NCBI GenBank assembly: GCA_964199315.1
Contig: OZ116702.1
Coordinates: forward strand, 16,802,001-16,866,000
Direction: 5' to 3'
Source of the DNA: Orbicella franksi
Taxonomy: Eukaryota
DNA length: 64,000 bases
Position numbers and translations under genes: made by a program. Every line of letters begins with the position of its first letter. Position 1 is the first letter of the stretch. This document shows positions 37,806-50,533 of this stretch, in pieces. The notes under the pieces were generated by a model. It saw only the letters and a list, made by a program, of their open reading frames with translations. It made no database searches and was not told where the DNA came from.

Positions 37806-38648
37806 TTAAAAGTTGTGAAAACAATGCAAATTCAGAAAAACGAGTTATGAAGTGTTTCCTTTACAATTGAATATAAATCCTATTTGTGTCCTAGTGTAGT
37901 CAATCAACAAATCTGCGTACAGGCTGCTTTTCAGCATTGAACAGCATTAAATTGGTTTACCAGTATGAACCTTAAGTTAAAAACACACTGTTAACTGTCT
38001 AAATGATTCTAGAACAAGAAAAATTGTCACCAAAACAGTTTACTAGGTGAGTAAATTGTCTTCATGGTGATCAACTACACTCCAATTGTGTCAAACTACA
38101 GCATCTGCTTGATCTACTGGTCTGCCAGTTTACAAAAACGTGACAGAGTGATTAAAGGCAAAGAGGATCTAGTGAAATTTGTCCCATCCATACCTACAAC
38201 TTGGAACTGAATCCTTCATTTTCCAAGTTTAAAATCTCTGAGATATTTCAATGCCCATTCCTATCCCCTCCATCTATCCATTTTCTGATGAATCTCAGTT
38301 ACCTTGAATTCTGTTGACACAAACCAGGTACAACTGTTTGGGAACAGGCAAACTTCCCTCACTATGCTCAGTAACCTGTGTCAAAACTACAGAGAAATTC
38401 ACACAGTGGTACTTTTAGTTCAAGCAGTATTAGTATGGTCTTCCATATTGGAGTATCACTTAGCTGCTGCACAGCCCACATGGTAGCCAGAGACATGAAA
38501 AACAGAACTTGTTAACAGATCAAGAGTCTTCACTTTGAAAGACTAGCAATCACTTCAAAATGTGTTAAAATGAAGCAGTCTGACAAATCAAAAGCCTTCC
38601 CAGTAATGAGTGACACTGATATCAGCCTTGCAGAAACAATGGTTTTAA

Positions 38649-39432
38649 GGTGGCCGAACACAGTTTTTGCGCACGCTTTTGCTGATCCAATTCAGCGCGT
38701 GCACAAGTATCGCAAAAAACAAACATGCCGTCAACAGAGCGATTATTTTATTTACTCAACACTCGCCGTATCTGTGCTATTTTTCTCTATAATTGAACGC
38801 AGCGTATTGATGGCTTTAGTCTTTTATTACAAAGATATCTTAGAATAGGTAACGATGCAAAGAACCCAGCAATTCTCAGCTTTTTCTTTCTTACCGAAGG
38901 AACCCAGTTAAATGCAGCGCATGCGCAGTTGCTCGAAAAATTGAGACCGATTGCTTTTGCAGAAACTGGTGGATTTCTGACAATCCAGTCATTAGAATTT
39001 CAAGAAATTTGGCAAAAAAATAGTTCAGAAACCACGTGAATGATCTATCGCAAAAAAATCTGAATTTTGACATAGGAATTTTTAATAATACAGAACATGC
39101 GGTGAAAATGATTTACAGCGAATTACAAAAATCGCCTATGTCAAAATTTTATCAGAACAGTGTTGACAGAGGGGATTTAATGTCAATTCGTATTGGGCAA
39201 AAGATGAAAAAATCTAACGACTGGATTTTTTTAAATAAACAAAAACCATTTTTTAAGCCTTGTTTTTAACCAGCCCCGTTGCCATGGCAACAGCACACAC
39301 CTTAGCCAAAATGCAAGAATAAACTTTTCTGTGGTTAACCTTGACTCTTGCAAAAAACGAGCGGCAAAGCGTAAATAGCTTAAAAGTAATGGTGAATTAG
39401 GCATAGGCTCTTGAAAACTGTGTTCCGCCACC
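38649..39432. mobile_element. Kolobok-type MITE (784 bp)
   Basis: 19-bp TIR GGTGGC(C/G)GAACACAGTTTT with one mismatch; TTAA at 38645-38648 and 39433-39436. Confidence 0.85.
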
Positions 39433-39804
39433 TTAAGTCTAGAATTTTGAAAAGGGCATTTAAATAAATTATGTCATCATTATGACATCAGTAATCATTA
39501 TCCATAATCATTATTTAACCTGAATCATCATCACATTTGATTGGCAGCAATTTTATTTCTATTTACACAGCCCATATTAGAAACTCCTAGGAACACAAGA
39601 GGAAAAACTACTGTTAAAGAGTCATCGCTTTCTTGGCCACAACATTCCTGACAGAACTGCCATGAAGATACATATGTGAGATGGGAGCCTTTATCTTCAA
39701 GAAAGTTATTGAAAACAGGTTTCAAAAGTGACAGCATATAACACAGGGACACACTTTGCATTCCCTTGCATTACAACAGTGTTCTTGATTGTGAATGGCT
39801 TTAA

Positions 39805-40307
39805 GGTAGCTCAAAACAGTTTCCAGCCCTTAGATTTGAATAAGTAGTTATAAACACTCTCTACCACTTGGTGCCACAATCATGGTATCAAAAAACTGCC
39901 CAAATCATTGGTGGACATGTTGTTATCATTTTCATGACACAGTACATTACCATAGCAACAGTATGACCTGCCAAAAACACCCTTAATTACAGCTTTAGGG
40001 GCTTATAAATCAAAACTGCACGGTGAAATTTTTTGTATTATCAAATTTTAGTAAGCATGATATGATGCAACTTTTGGCAAAGTTTAAAAAAATTCTATAC
40101 ACAGCGTTCAGAGCCACCTTAAAGTTTTGAAAATTTAAGGTGGCTCTGAGCCCTATGTACAGGTAACGTATTGTGTCATGAAAATGATGACAACATGTTC
40201 ACCAATGATTGGGCAGTTTTTTGATACCATGATTGTAGCATCAAGTGAAAAAGGGTGGTTGCAAGGACCCATCAAAATCTAACTGCTGGAAACTTTTTTG
40301 AGCCACC
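39805..40307. mobile_element. Kolobok-type fold-back MITE (503 bp) with internal back-to-back ends
   Basis: About 33-bp terminal IR; TTAA at 39801-39804 and 40308-40311; inverted arms at about 39865-39950 and 40162-40247; internal perfect 16-bp stem at 40108-40123 / 40134-40149. Confidence 0.85.
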
Positions 40308-42460
40308 TTAACCACCTCTCTGTTGAACAGCATGTATTGCAAGGGTTTGTTTTGTCTTGATTCAGTCACTGAAAAGAGCATCAAAAAAATCAAAAGGATT
40401 TGGGGTATTTTGGGACTCAAATATAATTTACTTGTAGAAACAGGTATAATATGATTGCTTTAGATGCCAGTTGGCTTAGAACTGCTGTATTTTGAAATTC
40501 TGACCTTGTGTCGCAAGGTGACAAGTGTCAGCTAAAGAGAAGGAACTTTTCATTGATAAAAAATTTCACAAAATCTTGTCAAAGTTAACCTAAAATTGAA
40601 TGAATCTACAAGTGATGATATAGCTTTTTCTGAAGGCTAATAATGAACTAGGCAATGACACCATTACAATGGAAAATAAAATCAATTCTCTGTCACTGCA
40701 GCAAATGGGAGTATTTCTTTCTGTATCCAAGTACATCTTCCCTACTGTTTCTCCACAGATCCCGAACAGATTTTCTCAGATAATTGTCTTAAGAACTTTT
40801 ATGGTCTAAACCTTCCACAAGGGTTCTTCGCAAATGACATCGTCCTGGCTGTTGTTTAGCTTCTTAAATATGTAACAGACAATTTACTACCAGTTTATTG
40901 TTCTCCTAAACTAATTGCCCTATCCAAAAGAGCAGTATTGGAAATCAAATTAGATTGTTCAGATTATCACAGACTGAAATAGCTACTACAAAACGCTTCA
41001 AAACAAAGGTTTTTGTATCATAGAAAGCACACAATGCATGCCATTCGACAGAGTCTTAAAATGAAAAAATGTAATGTCTCTTTCTGTAAAAGAAACAATC
41101 TCCGATTAGTTCCTACATTGTTGTTTCTCAACATTATATTTTCAAATTTTTGTTTCTTGCATGCTTGAAACATCACATAAAATTGGGGAACATTTACAGC
41201 ATTTGTCATAACCAATAATGAACAATGACAGCTGCCAATTAGTTTTTTTTGGAGAGGGGAGGGCACACATAAATTAACACTATATTTGTATCATACTTTT
41301 CTATAAAGTGAAAGAGAAACTTACATTCTAAAGCACCTAAAAGTATATTCTGCAGAGCAGTGTAATCCTCCTTCACAAAGACAACAGGATCTTCAACTTT
41401 CTTATACTGGAGCATTACTGGCAAAAAATATAAAAGATGGTTAAAATACTAAAGGTCAAGCACATACTCGGCATATTTGAGTTCTCTCTCTTTTGATATG
41501 TCTAATAGAACAAGAAAATTGTTTCAAATTTGACAGGAAGTTCTTGGCTTGCTCTACAAGGTAATATATTTGGATCAATTTTAGTTTCTGGGCACCCGAG
41601 GTTGAATCATGGTAATTGGCCTCGATATCCATATCGACCACCATTACTAATCAACCTCGGCTGGTCGTGTTCGATTTGTGGCAATACAGCTCAAAAAGAA
41701 TCAAGGACGGTATTGACTGATCATGCTCGGTAGACAGATGAACCTCAGATCACAAATTGAGCTCAGTTGCTTTTGAGCTTGATGAGAAAGTGCAGCTGTT
41801 CTTTTCTGGGGGATCCGTATGGATTTATGAGCTTGATTCACCAGCGCATAGACAATCGAGCTCAGTTCCCGTTTAACGCGATCAGGTGCAAATCAAGCTA
41901 AAATCGGATGGTCGGCAAACTGAATTCACATGTGAAAGAACATGTGAGTTTATATCAAAATAGCTCCATATTGCAGATCAGCCATTGAGTGCCCAGAAAT
42001 CTACAAAAAATGCCGTCAAAGAAACACAAAATAACGAGGTCGAGCTTGAAAAAAGTAAGGATTAAAAAGTACATTGTACCATTGGCTAGCTGTTATAGCC
42101 AATAGAAACCAGACATTTTCGATCTGTGACAAGGGTACACACCACGAGGAGTTTGTGCCAAGCCGCAGAATGTCTTGCATTCTCACAGAGGTACGGGTTG
42201 TGCTAGCTACTTCAGACATACAGAGTACTTTAGAAATACCAGCAACTGATGAGATCCACATGGAGGATCGAAACCATGGTCTTGCCTGAACTAAGCCGAA
42301 CAATGGCATATAAACCGCGCAAAACAGTCAACAGGAATTGCGCGTAAACAGCTACATTTGAATCATATGGTGCCAGAACAACCAAAGGAGGAATAAACCT
42401 ATATATCGACCAAGAGAAACATAAGCTCAATCAGATAGCTGCAAGAAACATAACAATGTC

Positions 42461-42534
42461 TGAAAGTGAAGTATGATCATCGCAGTAAATTTTCCAATTT
42501 AAGCAACTGGAAAGAAGAAGCCTGAAAAAAATCA

Positions 42535-42568
<34 letters not shown>

Positions 42569-42899
42569 GATACCGGTGCGATGCTCTACCAACTGAGCTA
42601 TGAAGCCACACATTGGGAGCGAGGTCAATTAATTGAGTTCATATCTTCCCGTGAGTGAAATGATGTGAAGTATATATGAAATAATTCATATTTGAACTGC
42701 AGTAGTAGATGAAAGTGAAGTATGATCATCGCAGTAAATTTTCCAATTTAAGCAACGGGTTCGAATCCCGTCGAAGCCCTGATTTTTTTCAGGCTTCTTC
42801 TTTCCAGTTGCTTAAATTGGAAAATTTACTGCGATGATCATACTTCACTTTTATCTACTACCGCAGTTCAAATATGAATTATTTCATATATACTTCACA
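42461..42899. repeat. tRNA-derived 249-bp tandem/SINE-like repeat with an inverted partial copy
   Basis: The unit start TGAAAGTGAAGTATGATCATCGCAG recurs at 42461 and 42710. 42757-42899 is an inverted copy of the unit. Confidence 0.85.
42535..42607 (-). tRNA. tRNA-like head (pseudo-tRNA, GGT anticodon) of the repeat
   Basis: Acceptor stem GGCTTCA/TGAAGCC, D arm GCTC-AGTTGGTA-GAGC and T arm ACGGG-TTCGAAT-CCCGT, with intact A and B boxes. The anticodon stem has an A-C mismatch and position 33 is C. Confidence 0.45.
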
Positions 42900-45800
42900 T
42901 AACAATGTCTCTAGACAAACATATAGATTTCCCAAAGTAAAGCTACAGTGTCTCCGAAGGAAATCGTACGAGAACAAATATGTTATCTGTGATAAGGATC
43001 TACCTACTGTGCTTGCAAACAGTTCTAATCACAGCTGGGCCCAGCATCACAATATAGAATGCAAGAAAGGACATGTTCATGGTAAATTTCATGTTTTGTC
43101 CCTCAAAGGCAAATACTTGGAGACTGAAAAGCATGTCTTGCTGTAGAAATGGGCCTAAACAATGCATAAACACATGGCAAATTACAGGTGTCAAACTCAA
43201 TGAGTCGACATGCAGATAACAGCGGAAATCAGGTAGGCCTATCACTTATAGAACTTTGCCATAACACGATCTAACGGCTCAACTCCACTTAAAATTCCTC
43301 CTTATAACACAACACAAGTGCCCTTCATAAACACGAGTGAAGCGACAACAATGGTTGGGTGACCGAACAGAGAACGGCAAATGTACAAATGTCACAAACT
43401 GTAGAAGTTGTGTAGGCTAGTGAACCCCATTTTACACTAACAAGGCCTAATGTGAAGACAAAAGTAGCAAACCCTTTACGAGAAGTAATCTGATCAAGAA
43501 AGGGTAAACAAATGCCAAAATTTCCTACCTTCTTTGACTTTTCTTGTACATTTACAAGTTGCAGTTTGGTAAATTTCAGTCTGATCCGCAGCTCACTTGA
43601 TACCAGTCCCTTTGCGAGAGCTTCTTTTATTTCTTTGCACCAGTCTCCCTTTCACTTTAACAATCAAGCTCGATGTAAAATACATTCACGCACAAATCCA
43701 GTCCTGCTCGATATAATTCGAGCTTGATAAAAATCTAATCGGGCTAGAAGAAAAAGATCGAGCTCCATATAGCATGGCATGGATCCCCCGGAAAAGAACG
43801 GCTGCACTTACACATCAAGCTCAAAAGCAACTGAGCTTGATTTGTGATCTGAGGTTCGTCTGTCTAACAAGCACGATCAGGTGATACTGTCCTTGATTCT
43901 TTTCGAGCTCTACTGCCACAAATCGAACATGACAAACTGAGGCTGATTAGTAACGGAGGTCCATATGGATATCAAGGTCGATTACCATGATTCAACCTCA
44001 GTTGCCCAGAAACCAAAATTGATCCATATGTTTTTGGCCCATGATGTCATTAAATCCATCATCTTAGATTCATCATCTTCAATTTCAACATTTTCTTAGA
44101 CTGCCAAAAAATTTTGCTTCACCTCAGTGAATGTGCTGAAGTCATCAATCAGAGAGGATAGGTTGTAATTGGTACTTTTTCCTTATTTTCAGTCATTAAA
44201 ATTGTTGATTTGAAATCTTGTTGATAGTGGACTCAACATTTTGTGTCAATTCTGGATTATCGCCTTGGTGGAGATTGAGAATCTCTTGGGGTTGAGACTT
44301 CTGGAGTTTGCAAAAGTGCACTTAGCTGCATTTGCAACATCTAGAGAAGGTAAAAAGGATAACTGAGTGCCAAGAGGGGTAGAATCAATGTCCTCATTAG
44401 CTCAGATTACTCAGTCTGTTTTTTCCTAAGAAGGAAGTTCATGGAGATGATGCTGAGCCATGCCAAACTGATGGATGGCTATTAGTGCCAGTAATGCAAC
44501 CATAGATGTTACCTTTCCATCCGAGGAATCTGCCTTTATGACAGTTATGTATGGTGCTGAAAACTTGGTAATTATTTTAGATTTCAAATTAACTTCTTTT
44601 CACAAGGACATCCACTTGCTCTAAATGTAGAGCTTTTCTCAGTCCAGACATGCTGCAATTTTCAGATAAGGTTGATAGTGCTTTTTGCTCTATTCTAGAT
44701 GTTTGGATTTAAGTGTCCAAAAAAAAAAAGAAACAGATTTTGGAAATTGACCAGGGTGTTAATGAAATCACCAATCTTCTCAATTTTACTACAGCAATTC
44801 TTAGGCCAACTACATTGAAGCAAAGTACAGCCCACTAGGAAACATAGTTTAATTCAACCTTTTGGGAGAGGCATTCTGCCTTATTAAGAAGAATATTTTG
44901 TGCTGGACAGTTTGATATGTGGTTTAAGTGCACTAGGACTTAAAGTCAGAGCTGTTGTCACATTTGGAACACATGGATCAACATATCCAGGATTGGTTTG
45001 CGTTTAACACTGTTAGTTTTGTGGTACATGATTGCATTCTTATCTTCAAATAATATCCAATGCTTTTTTATTTTCAGTGTTACTTGTCAAAGTTAAAAAA
45101 ATTTGTTTACTTCATTTCAAAGTAAATCTAAGCCTACACAGGTACACTCTGCAGACCTATTTGTAACTGTTTTACAACGACTGGAAGTTAATGACAGAAA
45201 TAACTTTAATAATAAATTTATTCAAGTGTAAGTGAAATGCTAGCAGTTGCTTACCACTAATTGAGGACATTATCTAGAAGTAAAAGAATGATAAAAAAGT
45301 GAATCTTTAGTACAAATTAAATAGTGATACATGGACCTAATGGTAATTGGCATAATCAGTAAGCGTTAAAGGTATGCATGGTGAACCATTTATTACAAGG
45401 GTTTATTTTAAGGAATCTCCAATATATGAACAAGTAAAAAGCCAAATTAATGAAATGTTTTAAGCTTAATAAGTAACCCCAATGATAAAATAAAAAGAAC
45501 ATTAGATATTGTTTACAAACAAGAATGCAATCACGTACCACAAGATTAACAGTGATATACTATCAACAATCTTCACACACTACCAAATTTCCATCTCAGC
45601 CTCTTACTGTTTTTATTTTTGGTGTTAGAACATAATCATACCACTTTTTAGCAAATGTGCATATCTTTCACAGGTTTTGAATCCTTTACTTGAAAATTCA
45701 TTCTGACTGGATGATGATGAGAGGTCAAAACCTACGAGAAACATTTTGAACACAAAACATCACCAAAAACATTACAAAATGGCATCATCACCAAAGGTAA

Positions 45801-46283
45801 GGGAAGATTTCTGTCTGCTTCAGAAGAACCTTCTTCATCAAATGGATCTCACCTTTACTCAAATATGTGCTTGATAAAACTGCTGACATCCACTCATGTG
45901 GCTGCCGTAGCATCATTTTGCCCCACTCAGCCACCTTTAAAAAAACCAGTGCAACATTTCAACGCATACCCTATGTATACAGAGAACTTAATATTTCACT
46001 TAAGGTATTGTTGATGACTGATGCACTCAGTCTGTGCCTATTTTTTCTTTGTAATAGTTCTGAATAACATGTGTAAAACGTGCATTCTATCTCGTCATCA
46101 CTTAGTGCAGGGATCCCATGAGATTGCGTAATCCAGTACCAGAAGTCAATGCGAATCCTTTCCCGCTCAGTGGTGGACGTGTTTCTGAAAACTCCACAGT
46201 TTTCACAGTTTTTCTGGCTTTCTTAATAAAAAGTCAGGGTCATGTCAGATTTTTATCATCATAAATATCTTTAAAACCACACC

Positions 46284-47567
46284 ATGCCGCAACCGGCCGT
46301 GGTTTCAAATGCAAACACAGCAGAATTGCTGTCGCTCAACTCAGATGTAACTTCGCTGAACTCACGGAGTTCTTCAGCTGGTTCTATACAGGCCTCTACA
46401 CAGAACGATACACAAACAACTAAAACAAAGGTAAAACCATCTTCTAGTGGTAAGGCCGATACAAAAAAGGGGCCAACGGCAACTAATACCGGTAAAACTA
46501 CCGCCAAAGCCCCAGTTAAGCGTACTTCATGTACAAAGATGGGCACCGAACATCAGCATCAAGTCATTCAAGGTTTGAACGAACTTAAAGACCTCCAACA
46601 ACAGTCTCTTGATTCGATGAATCACATGATTTCATCGGTAGCATCTGCAGTGCAAGTTATCACTCAGTCTAAGACATCTCATAAGACAAAAAGAGACAAC
46701 ATGAGCGACTTGGAGTCCACGGATGTTGAAGACTCCACTCATGGGGAAATGGCAGGAAATCCGCTTGATATTTCCACCGAGGTCAACGACCTCTTACAAC
46801 AAGCTGAGACTTGTAAGCAATCCAAGACCTCGAAAACTGACGAGGATGAAGTTCTTGGCGAGCTCTCTAAACTGTATGAATCAGAAGGAACAGTAAGTGA
46901 GCCGATAAATGCTACATTAGCTTCGCTTGTTGACAAGATGGTCAAAACAAGCTTATCTGAAGAGAAAACGAAAGAAAAGCATGAGAAATACAACAGGCCA
47001 CAGAACTGTGAGAACTTGATCAATACAAGAGTCAATCCAGAAATCTGGAGCAAGATTAGATCAAATACCCGTTCTCAAGATCTCAGAATGCAGAAACTTG
47101 AAACAAGTCTCATTAAGAGCATGATCCCGATTATCAAAATCGTAGATAAAATGTTAGAGTTGAAGTCTAACTCCAACCCTGCATCTGAGACCGATGTGTC
47201 TGCTTTTCTTCAGCTTTCGCTTGATTCTCTTGCCCTTCTTGGACACTCAATAAATGAGGTCAATCTCAAGAGGCGTGAGCTAATTAAACCTGACTTGAAT
47301 GATCAATTCAAGCAACTCTGTAGCTCCCAAACGCCAGTTACAAAACTGCTATTTGGTGACGATTTACCAAAATCTGTGAAGGAAATCTCGGAAACCAATA
47401 AAGTTGGTGTAAAGGTTTCATCAAAGCAGTCGAACCATTTTCCTAAGCATCAAAAAAGATCAAACTCTTCACACCATCAGAGGCCTTTTTTATGGAAATC
47501 CCAAGGATCGGGGAGGAGATCAATCCCGGATCCCAAAAGGAAAGGGAAATCCGAACAACAGCATTAG
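46284..47567 (+). CDS. DIRS ORF1 (gag-like), 427 aa, uninterrupted
   Basis: [41 protein letters not shown], typical of DIRS ORF1. Confidence 0.8.
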   Translation: MPQPAVVSNANTAELLSLNSDVTSLNSRSSSAGSIQASTQNDTQTTKTKVKPSSSGKADTKKGPTATNTGKTTAKAPVKRTSCTKMGTEHQHQVIQGLNELKDLQQQSLDSMNHMISSVASAVQVITQSKTSHKTKRDNMSDLESTDVEDSTHGEMAGNPLDISTEVNDLLQQAETCKQSKTSKTDEDEVLGELSKLYESEGTVSEPINATLASLVDKMVKTSLSEEKTKEKHEKYNRPQNCENLINTRVNPEIWSKIRSNTRSQDLRMQKLETSLIKSMIPIIKIVDKMLELKSNSNPASETDVSAFLQLSLDSLALLGHSINEVNLKRRELIKPDLNDQFKQLCSSQTPVTKLLFGDDLPKSVKEISETNKVGVKVSSKQSNHFPKHQKRSNSSHHQRPFLWKSQGSGRRSIPDPKRKGKSEQQH

Positions 47568-47579
47568 ACCACCTAAATT

Positions 47580-48830
47580 GTCTGGTGAGTCTTGATATTG
47601 CTGATCATGAAAATAGCTCATTATCTGTACCATATGTTGCAGGTAGACTGAAACAATTTCAAACTACGTGGCAAAGTATAACTTCAGACAGTTTTGTACT
47701 AAATGCCATAAAGAGTCAAAATTGGGTTTGCTAATAATCCAGAACAAACAGTCACTCCCAAACGATACTGTTTTCATGAAATTGAGGTCAAAATTATTGA
47801 CATGACAATAGACAAATTTCTAGAAACAGGAGTCATTGAGAAAACAAAACATTCTGAAGGAGAATACATCTCCAACATTTTTGTTCGGCCTAAGAAGGAT
47901 GGTTCATATCACTTAATTCTTAATCTGAAGCATCTGAATCAATTTGTAGAATACTGTCACTTTAAGATGGAAAACCTTAAAAGTGCTATCACTTTAATGA
48001 GTCCAAACTGTTACATGGCCACTATTGATTTAAAAGATGCTTACTATTCTGTGTCAATAGACAAAGACAATAGGAAATACCTCAGATTTACATGGAATAA
48101 TCAGTTGTTTCAGTTTACCTGTCTTCCAAATGGCTCGAGTAGTGCTCCCAGAATTTTCACAAAACTGATGAAGCCAGTATATTCTACTTTGTGTTGTAAA
48201 GGCTTCGAAAATGTGGGATATATAGATGATACATACCTCAAAGGGACAACCTTTCATGACTGTGAGGTGAAAATAACTAACAGAGTCAAATTGTTCAGAG
48301 ACTTGGGTCTGACCTTAAACATGGCAAAGTCAGTACTTATTCCTACTCAGTGTATTACCTTTTTGGGTTTTGTATTGAATTCAAATGAGATGACTGTCTC
48401 ATTAACACCAACAAAGGCTATAAAGCTTCAATCGAAAGCAGTTGAACTGCTCAACACCCCTTCTCCGACAATAAGAGCTGTCTCAGAGGTTATAGGCCTT
48501 ATGGTTGCCAGTTTTCCTGGTGTAATGTATGGACCTCTTTATTATAGACAGTTGGAAATAGAGAAAGTGGCAGCTCTTAAACAAAGCAGGGGGAATTTTG
48601 AAGCAACCATGAACCTTTCTGATATGGCAAAATCTGATCTTCATTGGTGGATTGAAAATATTACCACTACATCCAACCAGACCACTCATGGTAATCCCCA
48701 ACTCACAGTTCATTCTGATGCCTCCCTGACTGGTTGGGGGGGGGGGGGGGAGTTCTTAATGACCTATTTACTGGGGGACAGTGGTCTGAGGATGAGTCAA
48801 AAAATCATATTAATTACCTTGAGATTTTAG
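47580..48830 (+). pseudogene. DIRS reverse transcriptase and start of RNase H
   Basis: VAGRLKQF..W; DLKDAYYSV; CLPNGSSSAPRIFTK; GYIDD; HSDASLTGWG. Frameshifts near 47720 and in the poly-G tract at about 48735-48750. Confidence 0.9.
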
Positions 48831-49630
48831 CATGCTTTCTTACCCTGAAAGCACTCTGCTCAGATTTACAGAATTCTCATGTCAAAGCAATGCTTGATAA
48901 CACAACTGCTATAGCATACATCAATAGCATGGGAGGTAGAAAGTCTCAATGCAATCAAATTACCCGGGATCTGTGGGTTTGGTGTTCAACACATAACATA
49001 TGGCTAACTGCAGTACACATCCCCGCGAAACAAAATGTTTTAGCAGATAAAGAGTCAAGGGAAAAGCACTCTGACATAGAATGGAAATTGAATACACAGT
49101 TGTTTGAAGGTGTAACAGCACATTGGGGTACCCCCTCAATAGACCTTTTTGCCTCCAGATTAAACTATCAGTTAAAGCCCTTTGTCTCTTGGAGGCCTGA
49201 CCCAGAGGCAATGGTTATTGATGCTTTTTCTATTAATTGGAAAGAAAACTTCTATGCTTTTCCTCCTTTTGCTTTGATTAACAGAGTACTTCAGAAAGTC
49301 GAACAGGACCAGAGCCAGGGCATCATTATTGTACCACTGTGGACAACTCAAGTTTGGTTTCCCAGGTTACTCCACATGTTGATAGACTATCCAATTACTC
49401 TTCCAAAAGGTCCAAGGACACTGTCACTCCCATCCAATCAAGAGAGACTACATCCTCTCCACAAGAAACTTACCCTCCTGGCATGCAAATTATCAGGAAT
49501 TCCCTCACAACAAGAGGCATTTCGGAGAAAGCTGCCAAAGTCATTCTCCAATCCTGGAGAGGGAGTACACAAAAACAGTATTCTGTATACCTCAATAAAT
49601 GGATGGTGTTTGCAGCTCAAGGGGCATTGA
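48734..49630 (+). CDS. DIRS RNase H plus N6-adenine methyltransferase-like (MT) domain
   Basis: HINYLEILA, LDNTTAIAYIN, NVLADKESR; IDLFASRLN..DAF..W..YAFPPF..RVLQKV..IIVPLWTTQVWFP. Confidence 0.85.
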   Translation: MGGGGGVLNDLFTGGQWSEDESKNHINYLEILACFLTLKALCSDLQNSHVKAMLDNTTAIAYINSMGGRKSQCNQITRDLWVWCSTHNIWLTAVHIPAKQNVLADKESREKHSDIEWKLNTQLFEGVTAHWGTPSIDLFASRLNYQLKPFVSWRPDPEAMVIDAFSINWKENFYAFPPFALINRVLQKVEQDQSQGIIIVPLWTTQVWFPRLLHMLIDYPITLPKGPRTLSLPSNQERLHPLHKKLTLLACKLSGIPSQQEAFRRKLPKSFSNPGEGVHKNSILYTSINGWCLQLKGH

Positions 49631-50453
49631 TCCATACAAAGCAACTTCAGCACAGGCGTTACATTTTACAACTGATTTATCTGAACAGGGCCTGGGTTAC
49701 AGTGCCATGAACACAGTTAGGTCTGCTTTATCACAGGTTCTATACAGTCCTAGTGGTGTTGCATTTGGAGAACTTCCAATTGTTAAACAGTTTTTAAAGG
49801 GTATTTTTCAACGAAAACCTGCATTACCTAGGTACACTGTCACTTGGGACCCGAGTATCTTGTTAAATTATTTAAAGAGTTTGTCTCCTGTTAAAGAGTT
49901 ATCGTTGAAAATGTTGACGTACAAGACTGTTGCTTTATTGGGCATCCTTTCAGTTCAGAGATGTCAAACCCTTCATTTCTTGGTCATTCGTAACATGGTA
50001 TTGACTGACAAAATTGTCAAGTTCTCGACTGGTGACAAACTAAAGCAGACCAAACCTGGAAAACATGTCCATGAATTGGAGTTTCCTGCATACCCAACAG
50101 ATACTTGTCTTTGTATTGTTGTTGTTGTTAAAGAATACACAGAACGCACTAAATCTCTACGAGGAAATATTACAAGTTTCTTCATTACTTATGTTAAACT
50201 TTACAAAGTAGCGAGTAAAGATACTATCTCTAGGTGGATCAAGGCTACCTTAGGTCAGGCTGGTATTGACTTAACTCATTTTAAACCCCACAGCATCAGG
50301 TCTTTGTCAACCAGTGCAGCAGCAAAAGCTAAGGTTCCTTTGGACACCATTCTCCGAACTGCTGGTTGGTCAGGACATTGCACGTTTGCAACATATAAGA
50401 AACCAATTCACAAAAGTGGGGAACTAGCAACTACTCTCTTGAATAGCCAGTAA
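49440..50453 (+). pseudogene. DIRS tyrosine recombinase (overlapping frame; one frameshift at about 49610)
   Basis: SWRGSTQKQYSVYLNKW; VQRCQTL (R); KQTKPG (K); KPHSIRS (HxxR); AGWS; TFATY (Y). Confidence 0.9.
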
Positions 50454-50533
50454 TCATTTCTTGGAATAAAGATTTTCTTGTTGTGTTTTGCAACTCTTGG
50501 TTGTCTTTGTGCTCACAAATACTGGCTCTCAAC

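Larger units (their letters stand above)
41572..44025. mobile_element. Unclassified non-coding element with about 265-bp terminal inverted repeats
   Basis: 41572 to about 41835 (GGATCAATTTTAGTTTCTGGGCA..) is the reverse complement of about 43760-44025, roughly 80-85% identical by eye. No TSD was resolved. Confidence 0.75.

Noticed and set aside
42535-42607. Functional tRNA-Thr(GGT)
   Set aside because: Mismatched anticodon stem, C33, an anticodon not normally used by eukaryotes, and embedding in a repeat unit.
44030-45100. Possible decayed coding sequence on the minus strand
   Set aside because: No recognisable motif could be recovered in any frame.
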